64,000 nt of DNA from a virus. Lineage: Duplodnaviria > Caudoviricetes. The stretch lies in IMG/VR virus record IMGVR_UViG_3300020420_000671; one strand, given 5' to 3'. Shown piece after piece: positions 37,072 through 46,816 of the stretch. The position numbers and the translations under genes were made by a program. The notes beneath the pieces were generated by a model. The model was not told the origin of the DNA. It searched no databases and saw only the letters and a list, made by a program, of their open reading frames with translations. The number at the start of each line of letters is the position of its first letter. Within the stretch, counting starts at the first letter, position 1.

Positions 37072-37587
37072 ATGAATAAACTTCTGACAAACTTTTTTAC
37101 AAAAGGGCAAAATAATTCAATATTATTACCTAGTAGATCTAACTTTAGCTTTAGAGGAAGCTGGGTAGCAGTACAGAGAAATAACACTATTTTAGATAAA
37201 TTTCACCTAGGTGATTTTAGTAGTGCTATGTATCAAGTAGCAGTTGAGTTTGACAGTAATGAAAAAGAAACAATGCAGATTTCTGTGGTTGCTAGACCAG
37301 ACAGAGCTGTTGTTTCCATATTTGGTAGGGCAACAATTAACCAAGAATTAATAACTGTTACAGCGGCAGTAGACGCTAGTAGCGTATATCTATATGCTAG
37401 TCCGAAGTCAAATACGTATTTAGGCAGTAAAGTTACATTTCATGCTACCTATGCTCAGGCAATACATCAGTTAACTCCACCAGCCATAGTCGCAGACACA
37501 TCAACGACGGAGGCATCTGGAATAAATACTTTTGATGCTACAACTAGCACATTTGATAAAACTAATGTAACATTTGATAGGACGTAA
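37072..37587 (+). CDS. Virion structural protein
   Basis: Late box GATAAATA at 37047-37054; C-terminal TFD..T.TFD.T..TFD repeat. Confidence 0.5.
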   Translation: MNKLLTNFFTKGQNNSILLPSRSNFSFRGSWVAVQRNNTILDKFHLGDFSSAMYQVAVEFDSNEKETMQISVVARPDRAVVSIFGRATINQELITVTAAVDASSVYLYASPKSNTYLGSKVTFHATYAQAIHQLTPPAIVADTSTTEASGINTFDATTSTFDKTNVTFDRT

Positions 37588-37589
37588 TA

Positions 37590-39077
37590 ATGGCAAAATC
37601 AGTAATTAACGTAGGTACAGCCGCAAACGATGGAACAGGTGATAATCTTAGAGCAGGTGCCGCCAAGATTAACGCTAATTCTGAAGAGCTGTATAACGCA
37701 CTAGGTGATGGCACTAACTTAAAAGATATCATTAATTCAAATCTTGAACTTGATATTCCAAACGACAACGCAAAAATAAACAAGATAAGTTTTCATGCTT
37801 CAACACTAAACCAAATGAATGCTATTGATGCTTCAACATATCATGGAGCAATACTTCATGTACACGAAGGTGGTTCGGTTTATGTAGCACACGCAGGAGC
37901 ATGGCACAAATTACTTTTAGATGCTAGTGGCGGAGCAATAACAAATTACACAGATCCTTTAAAAAGTGTAGCTTACGTAGGAAATATTAATTCATTATCA
38001 GATGTTGATACAGTTAGTCAAGCTCCACAAACAGGAAACGTTCTTAAATGGGACGGTGGTAAATGGGCACCAGGAACTGATATTGCTTCAGGAGGATCAG
38101 GATTAGATGCTGATACGCTTGATGGACAAGATGGTTCATATTATTTAAACTACAACAACTTAAACAACAAACCAACAGTACCAAGTTCATTAACAGATTT
38201 AAGTATATCAGATGGATCAAACGGACAAGTATTAACAACTAACGGCAGTGGTACGTTTACTTTTACTACGATTAGCACAGGCGGAAACCAAAACATTTTC
38301 CAAACATTTGATGGAGACACCGGTACAACAACAGCTAATTCTACAACTGACACATTAACAGTGGCAGGTGGTGCTAACATTTCTACAAGTGTTGTAGGAG
38401 ATACTTTAACTATTGCGTACACGGGTTCACCTAACTCAGGTGAGGAAAACCAATTTGCGTTTAGTAATGTTCAATCTGATTCAGGATTAGCACAAGCTGA
38501 TTCAAAAACTGACACACTTACAATAGCAGGTGGAACAAATATTTCAACAGCAGTTTCAGGCGATACAGTAACAATTAATTATTCTGGCACTAATAACTTA
38601 TCAAGTTTATCAGATACAACTATAACAAGTCCAGGTGCTGGTGCTTTGTTTGCCTACAGCGGTTCAAGCTGGGTAGACTTAGGTCAAAAAATTGATCAAG
38701 TTGCCTATCAAGCGATAACAAGATTAAAAGTTACAGCAGATTCTTTCAATGGTTACAAATTTGACCAGTATGGTAACACAGAAGATCCTATCATTTATGG
38801 TATCAACGGCACAACACTTGCGTTTGATTTGAATGACAGTTCATTAAGCAGTCATCCATTCCAAATTGAAACAAGTGGTGGTACTGCTTACAGTGAAGGA
38901 CTAGTTCATGTAGCAAATGACGGTACAGAATCAACAGGATCATCAGCTCAAGGTAAGACTTCAGGTACTTTATATTGGAAAATACCTTCAGCTATAAGTG
39001 GAAACTATGCTTATCAATGTACAAGTCATGGTGCCATGAGAGGTACAATTACTATTAAACAGATAAGTGCGATTTAA
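37590..39077 (+). CDS. Fibre/baseplate protein with a T4 gp9/gp10-like N-terminus and a C-terminal cupredoxin-like domain
   Basis: INVGT.ANDGTGD.LR...KIN.N..ELY; C-terminal SHPFQI...YQCTSHGAM.G.I. Confidence 0.7.
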   Translation: MAKSVINVGTAANDGTGDNLRAGAAKINANSEELYNALGDGTNLKDIINSNLELDIPNDNAKINKISFHASTLNQMNAIDASTYHGAILHVHEGGSVYVAHAGAWHKLLLDASGGAITNYTDPLKSVAYVGNINSLSDVDTVSQAPQTGNVLKWDGGKWAPGTDIASGGSGLDADTLDGQDGSYYLNYNNLNNKPTVPSSLTDLSISDGSNGQVLTTNGSGTFTFTTISTGGNQNIFQTFDGDTGTTTANSTTDTLTVAGGANISTSVVGDTLTIAYTGSPNSGEENQFAFSNVQSDSGLAQADSKTDTLTIAGGTNISTAVSGDTVTINYSGTNNLSSLSDTTITSPGAGALFAYSGSSWVDLGQKIDQVAYQAITRLKVTADSFNGYKFDQYGNTEDPIIYGINGTTLAFDLNDSSLSSHPFQIETSGGTAYSEGLVHVANDGTESTGSSAQGKTSGTLYWKIPSAISGNYAYQCTSHGAMRGTITIKQISAI

Positions 39078-39086
39078 GGATAAAGT

Positions 39087-39638
39087 ATGTCAACTGTAAT
39101 AAACGAAAAATTCCAAGCACAGAACGGATTTGAAAGTCCTAATTTTACTGTAGATACTAACGGAAAAATTACGGCGCCTACTATTGACGTACAGTCAATA
39201 TTGCTTAACGGTACACAATTCGTTCAGTATGTACCACCGTCAGATGATGATGACGATACAGGTACTACTGTTTCCAACAGCTTTGAAAGTTTAGCTGTTA
39301 CAGGTGGAGTATTTAAAGTAAACTATCAGAACACAACTAATCTTTCAGTAATTAATGGCAGATTAACAATCAATAATGTTGGAATACCTGGTACTATAGA
39401 CAACGTAGACATAGGTTATACCACAGCAGGACAAATTAAGACATACGGAATTGACATGACAAACGCACCCGACAGTACAGCAAGTCAAATCAATTTGAAC
39501 GGCGCAACAGTAAATGGAGATTTAAATATGACTGACAATGTTGTATTACCAAAGGATCCGTCACTTACTACTCACGCATCAAGAAAAGGATATGTAGACG
39601 CAACGGCAACGGCCTTAGCAGTAGCATTTGGAGCATAA
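39087..39638 (+). CDS. Fibre-like structural protein
   Basis: P....HA..K.YVD fibre motif; C-terminal TALAVAFGA. Confidence 0.55.
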   Translation: MSTVINEKFQAQNGFESPNFTVDTNGKITAPTIDVQSILLNGTQFVQYVPPSDDDDDTGTTVSNSFESLAVTGGVFKVNYQNTTNLSVINGRLTINNVGIPGTIDNVDIGYTTAGQIKTYGIDMTNAPDSTASQINLNGATVNGDLNMTDNVVLPKDPSLTTHASRKGYVDATATALAVAFGA

Positions 39639-39641
39639 AAT

Positions 39642-42600
39642 ATGGCAAAGAAAAAGATTGTAGAGTATAGATTTTATCCGGGGATAGGTATAAACGATAG
39701 CGTTTATCCAAATGCTTATGCTCTAATTACAGCCAATAAAAATTTTATACAAAAAGAAGTAACGGCATGGATTGCTAGACAAGTTCAATTAAATGCTACA
39801 GGTTTTGTAGGATACACATACGATGCGGCCAAGTGTGAAAGAGACACAGGTTACAACGTTGACGCATGGGCACATGACTTAACATATGGCGGTAACCAAG
39901 AAACAACTAGAATAGCAAACACCTACTGGGAAGGCGATGTAGCACAACTTGATGGCGACAGACAAGCTGAGATATTAGCAAAAGGCTTTACAAGAGATTT
40001 AATCAACAATCATATTATTACAAACAGTCCACAAGGTACTCCATATCAAACAGCAGTAACACAAGTTACCACAGCTAACACTGGAGAATCTGCGGCAAGT
40101 ACAAGAATACAAATATTAGCACAGATAGTTATTGATGTTATTACTACAGGTACTAGTGCGTTACCAACTTTCGAAAGAAAAGGATTAGGACACATTAGAT
40201 TCCCAGGTAATTATGACACAAGTGATTTGCTAATTGTTACAAATACAACAAAAGCAACAGTGATTTACAACTTTACTGATCCACTCAAAGGTGGTAAGGT
40301 AACAAGAGAAGATGATGTTACTCCAAGAGACTCGGGCGGATATGTTATCAAATATGATACCACTGATGCGAACAGTGATGCTGATGATGACTTTCCAAAA
40401 TATTTACAAACTACAGACTCAATAGCTGTTTTAGACTTAAACTTTAACACTAGTTCAATGGCAACTAGCGATGAGTTACAAATTTTTATTGATTCACCTG
40501 AACAAACAATTAGACCATATGACTTTGGTACTGATGCTATTGAAAGAATAAGAGTAGCACAACCATTGTCCATGCTAGATGCTGACTTTGAGTACGGATT
40601 ACAGCCAACAAAATGGTCTGCTATTGGTATGATGAGAGGTTATCCAAGTATTTACGAACTTCCAGGCACCGATACACAAGTATTAAGTGTTGTCACAGAT
40701 GCTTCATCAGGCACAGCAGGCATTGGTGCTAGTAGAATAACAGTAACAACCATAGGTGCTCACGGGTTTGAACCTGGTACTCCTATCACAATTAAGGCTT
40801 TAGAGGACGCAGTCGGTGGCGCGGCTAGAGCAGAAGGTTCGTTTATCATTGATGACGTTCCTACTCCTAATACATTTAGATTTTTTGCCAAGTCCAAGGT
40901 TGGAACAACCAACGGACAGGTTCTTTCTACAACATATACACAGCTAAGACAGGGTGCTTTTTACACTGGGGCTAGTGTTGGACAGCCACAATTTATTGTA
41001 GCAAGTAATGGTACCAATGGTACAATGACTCTTGCGTTGGCGGCTCAGACTGGCGAGAATAGATTAGCGTTTACAGGAGACGTACCAGAGATAGGTGCTC
41101 CGATTGTAAATGCGGCATTTCCAACAGGAACACAGGTTACAGGTATAAACAGTACGCCAGGTGGTACACCATTGTCAATGAATTTGACACAAGACATAAA
41201 TCCAGGTAATACTTCCTTTACAGTAAGCAGTACAACAAACATTGCTCAAGGACAAGCCGCTAACAACGGTACAGGAGATGCTATCTTTGTTAACAGCATT
41301 GTGGGAAATACTGTGAATATGAGTGGATCTTTTACTAGTACTATTGCTAGAAACACACAAACTTACACAGGAGTATCTGGAACAATCACAGCACCAGTTG
41401 GAACAAACGCACAGTTTGATATTAATAGATCAGGCGTAAACTATTCTATAACAACAGTAAGCCAAATAGGATCAGGATACAAAGCAGGTGACGTAATCAA
41501 GATTACAGGAAATAATTTAGGTGGATTTACACCAGCTAACGATGCTGAGATAGTGATTGCCACAGTAAATGGTTCAGGCGGAGTGTTAACAGCTACAATT
41601 TCTGGAACAGCGTTAAGCGGAAGCGTAACATACCAAGACGTAGCATCAACATATAACCACGGTAGTGGTACATGGGGAGCGTCAACAGTTGACATAAACT
41701 ATGAAAATGATGCTTATTCAAGCATTTCAATTGCCAGTCCAAACGATACAACAGGGTACGCAGTTAATGACGGTTTAAGAATTGTAGGTACATCAGTACT
41801 AGGTGGATCGGGTCAAGACGGTAGTCAGAATGATAACGGTAATGACATCGTAGCCAAGGTTGCTACCATAGGAGCAGGTGGATCTATTTCAAGTATTAGC
41901 ATCGTAAATGATGCGGCTAGAACAGGTACCGCTCCTGATAGCACGGTAAACTATAGTTTTGGCGGAGCAGGTGGAGCATCATTTACTGGTGGTTCAGGAT
42001 CAAGTTTTGAATTTCAGATAGATAAACAAGTTGGAGCTACAACATCATATGGTATCATGCTATCAAATGGAGGTTCAAGTTACAATACAGCAGATGTAAT
42101 TGTTTGTGCTGGAACTGATTTAGGTGGCGCAAGTCCTGCTAATGATTTATATTTAAGAGTAGTAGCGGTTGACGGTAACGGCGGAATTACTGATGTAAGA
42201 TTAGAGGGTCAAGATATTTCTTCAGCACCAGTTCCATTCAATGGAGGAGTATTTTCTGGTAAAACATTAACAAACTTCAATGGATCAGGAGCAGTTTTTG
42301 ATGTTACTAACAACGGATCTACTTATAGTGTAGCTGTTGATACTCCTGGTACAAATTACATTGACGGACAAGAATTTACAGTAGCAGGAACAGCATTAGG
42401 TGGATCAAGTCCAGCTAACGATGCTACAATCTCAATTTCAGCAACAAACTCAACTGGTGCTTCAAACCAAGGAATTATTCAAACAGTTAGTATTTCAGGC
42501 TCAGCACCTTCATTACCAACAGACTTTAGCAACGTGGCAGGAGCTAACCAAGCACACGCAGGAGCTAGTGGTACATTTGATATTACGAGAACACAAGGAG

Positions 42601-45600
42601 CATATTCTATAGCAATGAATATTGCTGGTACAGGATACCAAGTAGGTAACGAAATAACCATAGTAGGTACAGATTTAGGTGGTGCGGCACCAACAAACAA
42701 TGCTACACTTATAGTGTCAAGTATTGATGGTTCAGGAGGAGTAAACAACGCAACAATCACAGGTACAGCAATAGGTGGAGGAACACTTAATTTGGTAGGT
42801 GGTGTTACGCTTTCAGACTTTACTACAGCAGGTATACCATCTAGTTCAAGTGTAAACTTTGAAGCATTGTCAACTATCGAAGTAACATATCCATACGCAC
42901 ACGGAATAGTGCCTGGAGATACATTTATTGTTGATGTAAATTCAGATGATGGTGGAACAAATAATCACAGCTTGGCGGCAGGATCATTTATAGCAACTCA
43001 AGTTCCTACACAGAAAAAAATTAGATATAACACAAGAGCTCCAGGATCAATAGCAGAATTTGATGCTACTTCTACAGAAGATAGAATACAAGGTAACGTT
43101 TACCTACGTCCAGATAGTTTCTTTGTACACAGACCATATGATGGAGGTGTACAGCTAGGAACAGGTGGACCACAACACGGTGCTCAAGCAATTAGACAAA
43201 GTAAAAAATATATTAGATATCAATCAGGTAAAGGTATTATGTATACCACTGGTGCTTTGTTTGCTCCATCTTATGACGTCAGAAGCATTACAGCTTCTAG
43301 TATAAACATAGGTGCAACATTGACAATCATTACAGATGATAACGATCACGGTGCTCAGGTAGGTGGTAGAATAAGACTTATTGGAGTTGAAACAAAAGGA
43401 TACAACGGCGAATATGTTATCACGCAAATTGTTGATGAAAGAACATTACGTTGCTTGTCTACTAGAAGATTAGGATCAACAAATGCTGTGCTTGGATTTG
43501 GAGCACAGATGACAGTTGTTGGTTGGCATGGTGCTACTGTGCGTTCAGGAGTCTTTGATGATCAGAATGGAATTTATTGGGAATATGATGGAACCAATGT
43601 CAGTGTAGCTCAGAGAACTTCAACAAGACAGATAGCAGGTACTGGTTCGGTTACTCCAGATAGTAACTTGATAACAGGTAACAACACAAGATTTAGAGAT
43701 CAACTTAAAGCAGGTGACAGAATTGTAGTAAAAGGAATGACACATGTTGTATCTCATGTAAATTCACAAACTGAAATCACAGTAACTCCGGACTACAGAG
43801 GTGTAAACGTTTCACAGGCATGTAAAATTAATCTAATAAGTGATAAAAGAGTGCTACAAAATGAATGGAATAGAGATAAACTAGACGGTACAGGCGGTAG
43901 TGGTTATAACATGGATGTAAGATATATGCAGATGATTGGTATCCAATACAGTTGGTATGGTGCTGGTTTCATTGACTGGATGGTCAGAGGTGCCGATGGT
44001 AACTTTGTATACTGTCACAGAATGCGTAATTCAAACGTAAACACTGAAGCATTTATGAGATCAGGTAACTTACCTGTGCGTTATGAAGTGACCAATGAAG
44101 GATCTATGACATCACTTGCGGCAGATATTAATCCTACAGTTACAACGATACCGTTGGTTGAATCTAAGTTTTTCCCAAGTTCAGGAACAGTATTCATCGA
44201 CAACGAATTAATAAGTTATACAACCATAGATCATACTACAAAGTCATTGACAAACTGTACAAGAGGTACAACACTACAAAATTTCCAAGCAGGTGCTACT
44301 AGGCAGTATTCAGCAGGTGGAGCAGACGATCACTCAGCTAGAACAGGTGTAATTTTAATTAGTAACACAATTACTCCACTTATATCACACTGGGGTTCAG
44401 CGTTTGTTACAGATGGTAACTTTGATGAAGATAGAGGATATATCTTCTCATATACAGAACCAGGAATCAATGTTACTACTACAAGAGGTACAGCTTTCTT
44501 GATAAGACTAGCACCAAGTGTATCCAACGCTATTGTTGGTGACTTGGGTGATAGAGAACTACTTAACAGAGCTCAGTTATTGATGCAAGGACTTGAGTTA
44601 ACATCAGATGGTGTTGATCCTGCTAACAATGCCAACATAATTACAGGTGGTATTGTTGTTGAAGGTATTCTAAATCCACAGAACTATCCACTCAACCCAA
44701 ATGATATTGGTTGGACTGGATTGTCAGGACTAGCACAAGGTGGTCAGCCTAGCTTTGCTCAGGTAGCATCAGGTGCTTCAGTTAACTGGAACTCAGGTGA
44801 TACGGCTACCTACTCAACAGTAGCAGTTATGGCTAAGGTTACAACAACAGCACAGCTGATGCCATGGTGGTCATTTAGAACAAATAGAAGCTACGCATAC
44901 TTTACAGCAGACAGTTGGGAAAATTCTAACTTATCAGTTGGTGATATTGTTAACGCAGACGGTGGCGGCAATGAATATTTCCCACAAGGAACTTCAATTC
45001 AAACAGTTGTTGACCAAAGTATTTACGGAAGATATCTTGTTTACTTCTCACAAAATAGTAACTCAAATAGTTCTAACGGTGCTACGCAGACATTTGAAAA
45101 AGGCGGAGATGTTGTTAACAGTACACAAGCATTGTTCTTAAAAAACGCATGGGACGCAGGAGGAGCCAAGTCAGGTACTGAGATTGGTGATTCTGGAGGT
45201 GCTCCGACAGACCAAGGTGATATTACAATGCCAGCAGGAACATACGTTTCAAACGTAGAAGGACCATTGCTATTTGGTGATCAAAGTGGATCAGGTATTG
45301 AATATTACAGAGTAACATTTAATAACGCATTTAACGGAACACTTCAGCCAGGAGACTTGTTTAACTTTACTTTCCAACAACCACCTTACGCACAGCCAGG
45401 TGAAACAGTATTTTCATTTATTGCTACACCAGGTGAAAGATCAACACTTGATCTAATGCTGTTGAAAGAATTAACAAATACTACACTAGGTGGTCGAGGT
45501 ACATTCCCGAATGGTCCAGATGTTTTAGCAATTAACATCTATAAAACAACTGGTGCCGCTACAACAGCTAATTTAATTATTAAGTGGGGAGAGGCTCAGG

Positions 45601-45605
45601 CGTAG
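39642..45605 (+). CDS. Giant (1987 aa) virion structural protein, probably baseplate/fibre
   Basis: G/T/S/N-rich; five internal repeats; DADFEYG.QPTKW and RQSK.Y.RYQSGKG motifs. Confidence 0.6.
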   Translation: MAKKKIVEYRFYPGIGINDSVYPNAYALITANKNFIQKEVTAWIARQVQLNATGFVGYTYDAAKCERDTGYNVDAWAHDLTYGGNQETTRIANTYWEGDVAQLDGDRQAEILAKGFTRDLINNHIITNSPQGTPYQTAVTQVTTANTGESAASTRIQILAQIVIDVITTGTSALPTFERKGLGHIRFPGNYDTSDLLIVTNTTKATVIYNFTDPLKGGKVTREDDVTPRDSGGYVIKYDTTDANSDADDDFPKYLQTTDSIAVLDLNFNTSSMATSDELQIFIDSPEQTIRPYDFGTDAIERIRVAQPLSMLDADFEYGLQPTKWSAIGMMRGYPSIYELPGTDTQVLSVVTDASSGTAGIGASRITVTTIGAHGFEPGTPITIKALEDAVGGAARAEGSFIIDDVPTPNTFRFFAKSKVGTTNGQVLSTTYTQLRQGAFYTGASVGQPQFIVASNGTNGTMTLALAAQTGENRLAFTGDVPEIGAPIVNAAFPTGTQVTGINSTPGGTPLSMNLTQDINPGNTSFTVSSTTNIAQGQAANNGTGDAIFVNSIVGNTVNMSGSFTSTIARNTQTYTGVSGTITAPVGTNAQFDINRSGVNYSITTVSQIGSGYKAGDVIKITGNNLGGFTPANDAEIVIATVNGSGGVLTATISGTALSGSVTYQDVASTYNHGSGTWGASTVDINYENDAYSSISIASPNDTTGYAVNDGLRIVGTSVLGGSGQDGSQNDNGNDIVAKVATIGAGGSISSISIVNDAARTGTAPDSTVNYSFGGAGGASFTGGSGSSFEFQIDKQVGATTSYGIMLSNGGSSYNTADVIVCAGTDLGGASPANDLYLRVVAVDGNGGITDVRLEGQDISSAPVPFNGGVFSGKTLTNFNGSGAVFDVTNNGSTYSVAVDTPGTNYIDGQEFTVAGTALGGSSPANDATISISATNSTGASNQGIIQTVSISGSAPSLPTDFSNVAGANQAHAGASGTFDITRTQGAYSIAMNIAGTGYQVGNEITIVGTDLGGAAPTNNATLIVSSIDGSGGVNNATITGTAIGGGTLNLVGGVTLSDFTTAGIPSSSSVNFEALSTIEVTYPYAHGIVPGDTFIVDVNSDDGGTNNHSLAAGSFIATQVPTQKKIRYNTRAPGSIAEFDATSTEDRIQGNVYLRPDSFFVHRPYDGGVQLGTGGPQHGAQAIRQSKKYIRYQSGKGIMYTTGALFAPSYDVRSITASSINIGATLTIITDDNDHGAQVGGRIRLIGVETKGYNGEYVITQIVDERTLRCLSTRRLGSTNAVLGFGAQMTVVGWHGATVRSGVFDDQNGIYWEYDGTNVSVAQRTSTRQIAGTGSVTPDSNLITGNNTRFRDQLKAGDRIVVKGMTHVVSHVNSQTEITVTPDYRGVNVSQACKINLISDKRVLQNEWNRDKLDGTGGSGYNMDVRYMQMIGIQYSWYGAGFIDWMVRGADGNFVYCHRMRNSNVNTEAFMRSGNLPVRYEVTNEGSMTSLAADINPTVTTIPLVESKFFPSSGTVFIDNELISYTTIDHTTKSLTNCTRGTTLQNFQAGATRQYSAGGADDHSARTGVILISNTITPLISHWGSAFVTDGNFDEDRGYIFSYTEPGINVTTTRGTAFLIRLAPSVSNAIVGDLGDRELLNRAQLLMQGLELTSDGVDPANNANIITGGIVVEGILNPQNYPLNPNDIGWTGLSGLAQGGQPSFAQVASGASVNWNSGDTATYSTVAVMAKVTTTAQLMPWWSFRTNRSYAYFTADSWENSNLSVGDIVNADGGGNEYFPQGTSIQTVVDQSIYGRYLVYFSQNSNSNSSNGATQTFEKGGDVVNSTQALFLKNAWDAGGAKSGTEIGDSGGAPTDQGDITMPAGTYVSNVEGPLLFGDQSGSGIEYYRVTFNNAFNGTLQPGDLFNFTFQQPPYAQPGETVFSFIATPGERSTLDLMLLKELTNTTLGGRGTFPNGPDVLAINIYKTTGAATTANLIIKWGEAQA
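41400..42770 (+). repeat. Five ~90-100-aa repeats in the giant protein
   Basis: G..F.I.....YS....G.GY..GD.I.I.G..LGG..PAND..I.V....G.G.I; boundaries approximate. Confidence 0.65.
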
Positions 45606-45990
45606 GCTCAGGCTTATCGCTTTGGCTATCACCTGGAAACACTCTGTAATTATCTTCTACAGAATCAGCAGTACTTACTTCAGTTATAGAACTACCTCTT
45701 TCCATACAAACTAATTGATGAGGTTGTAATGGAGGATTTCTCCACGTATCTCCTGCCTTTAATTCTTGTTCGTGTAGTTCAGCAGTTTGCGTATCAATCC
45801 ATCTTAACAAGAATCTACCAGCATTGACAAACCAAGATTCGTCTTTTTCTCTGTGAAAGTGCATTGAAAACTTTGCTCCGAGCTTTTCAAATACCATAAT
45901 TTTACCGCAGTATTTTTCATTAGTTGCCCAGATTAGTTCATAACCCCAACCTTTTTCAACTCTACCTTCAAGTCTTTTTGTCATGTACAA
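45580..45990 (-). CDS. Cupin-fold protein, sugar-isomerase-like
   Basis: K.WG.E..W, SMHFH..KDESW (cupin motif 1), GD.W..PP...H (motif 2); overlaps the hldD stop. Confidence 0.75.
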   Translation of the reverse strand: MYMTKRLEGRVEKGWGYELIWATNEKYCGKIMVFEKLGAKFSMHFHREKDESWFVNAGRFLLRWIDTQTAELHEQELKAGDTWRNPPLQPHQLVCMERGSSITEVSTADSVEDNYRVFPGDSQSDKPEPTPEPLPT

Positions 45991-46816
45991 TATCCTTTAG
46001 ATATTCATCTATAGTAATCCAATGCCTTATTGGTATAGTATTATGTATCTTAGTATTATCAGCACAAGTGTATTCCTGATACTGTCCTTTTAGGTGATCA
46101 GGCATATCTATGTACTCTATTTCAGCATCTTGTAATTTAGCAACTAATTTGGCAACAGTTTCAATATCTACAGGCTTACTAGTACCCAAATTGAATATAC
46201 CACTTATATCTTTTGACATCATTTCTTCGTGTATACGCACTACATCGTATACTGACACTAAATCTCTTTTGTATAGATGACTGTCTTTAAATAATTTAAT
46301 TTTTCCGGTCAGTGATGCTTGTTCTTGAAACTTGCTTACCATGCTTTGTTGATCTTTCTTATGTCCTTCTCCTGGACCATATACATTAAAGTATCTAAAA
46401 GATTGAACATTCATTTTAAATTGTGTAATATCATTGTCCAGTAAAAACTTATCAACTAGATATTTGCTCCAAGCATATGGTGTTTGCGGATAAACAGGAT
46501 CTGTTTCGCTAAACATTTCTTTCTTCAATGGTCCATATACTGCCGCTGTACTTGCTAATTGTATATTTGTTCCATAATGATCACATATTTGTAGTAGTCT
46601 CATGGTAAATTCGTAGTTGTGTCTCCAAACTTTATCTACATCTCTTTCTGTGGTATCCGAAATAGCTCCACAGTGAACTACCCAATCATACTGTTCAACA
46701 GCAGGAACTACGTTTTCTACCCAATCATAACCTTCTACTTCATGTCCTTTATGTAAAAGATATTGTGACATATGGCTTCCTATAAAGCCTTTGTGTCCTG
46801 TAACTAATACTTTCAT
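45968..46816 (-). CDS. hldD: ADP-L-glycero-D-manno-heptose 6-epimerase (extended SDR)
   Basis: VTG..GFIG, H.GAISDTTE.D, ASTAAVYG, YAWSK (YxxxK), RYFNVYGP.E.HK, RD..SV.DV. Confidence 0.88.
   Translation of the reverse strand: MKVLVTGHKGFIGSHMSQYLLHKGHEVEGYDWVENVVPAVEQYDWVVHCGAISDTTERDVDKVWRHNYEFTMRLLQICDHYGTNIQLASTAAVYGPLKKEMFSETDPVYPQTPYAWSKYLVDKFLLDNDITQFKMNVQSFRYFNVYGPGEGHKKDQQSMVSKFQEQASLTGKIKLFKDSHLYKRDLVSVYDVVRIHEEMMSKDISGIFNLGTSKPVDIETVAKLVAKLQDAEIEYIDMPDHLKGQYQEYTCADNTKIHNTIPIRHWITIDEYLKDIVHDKKT

Noticed and set aside
45580-45605. 26-nt convergent overlap between the giant structural gene and the cupin
   Set aside because: A short 3' overlap is ordinary genome compaction, with no hairpin or other signal.
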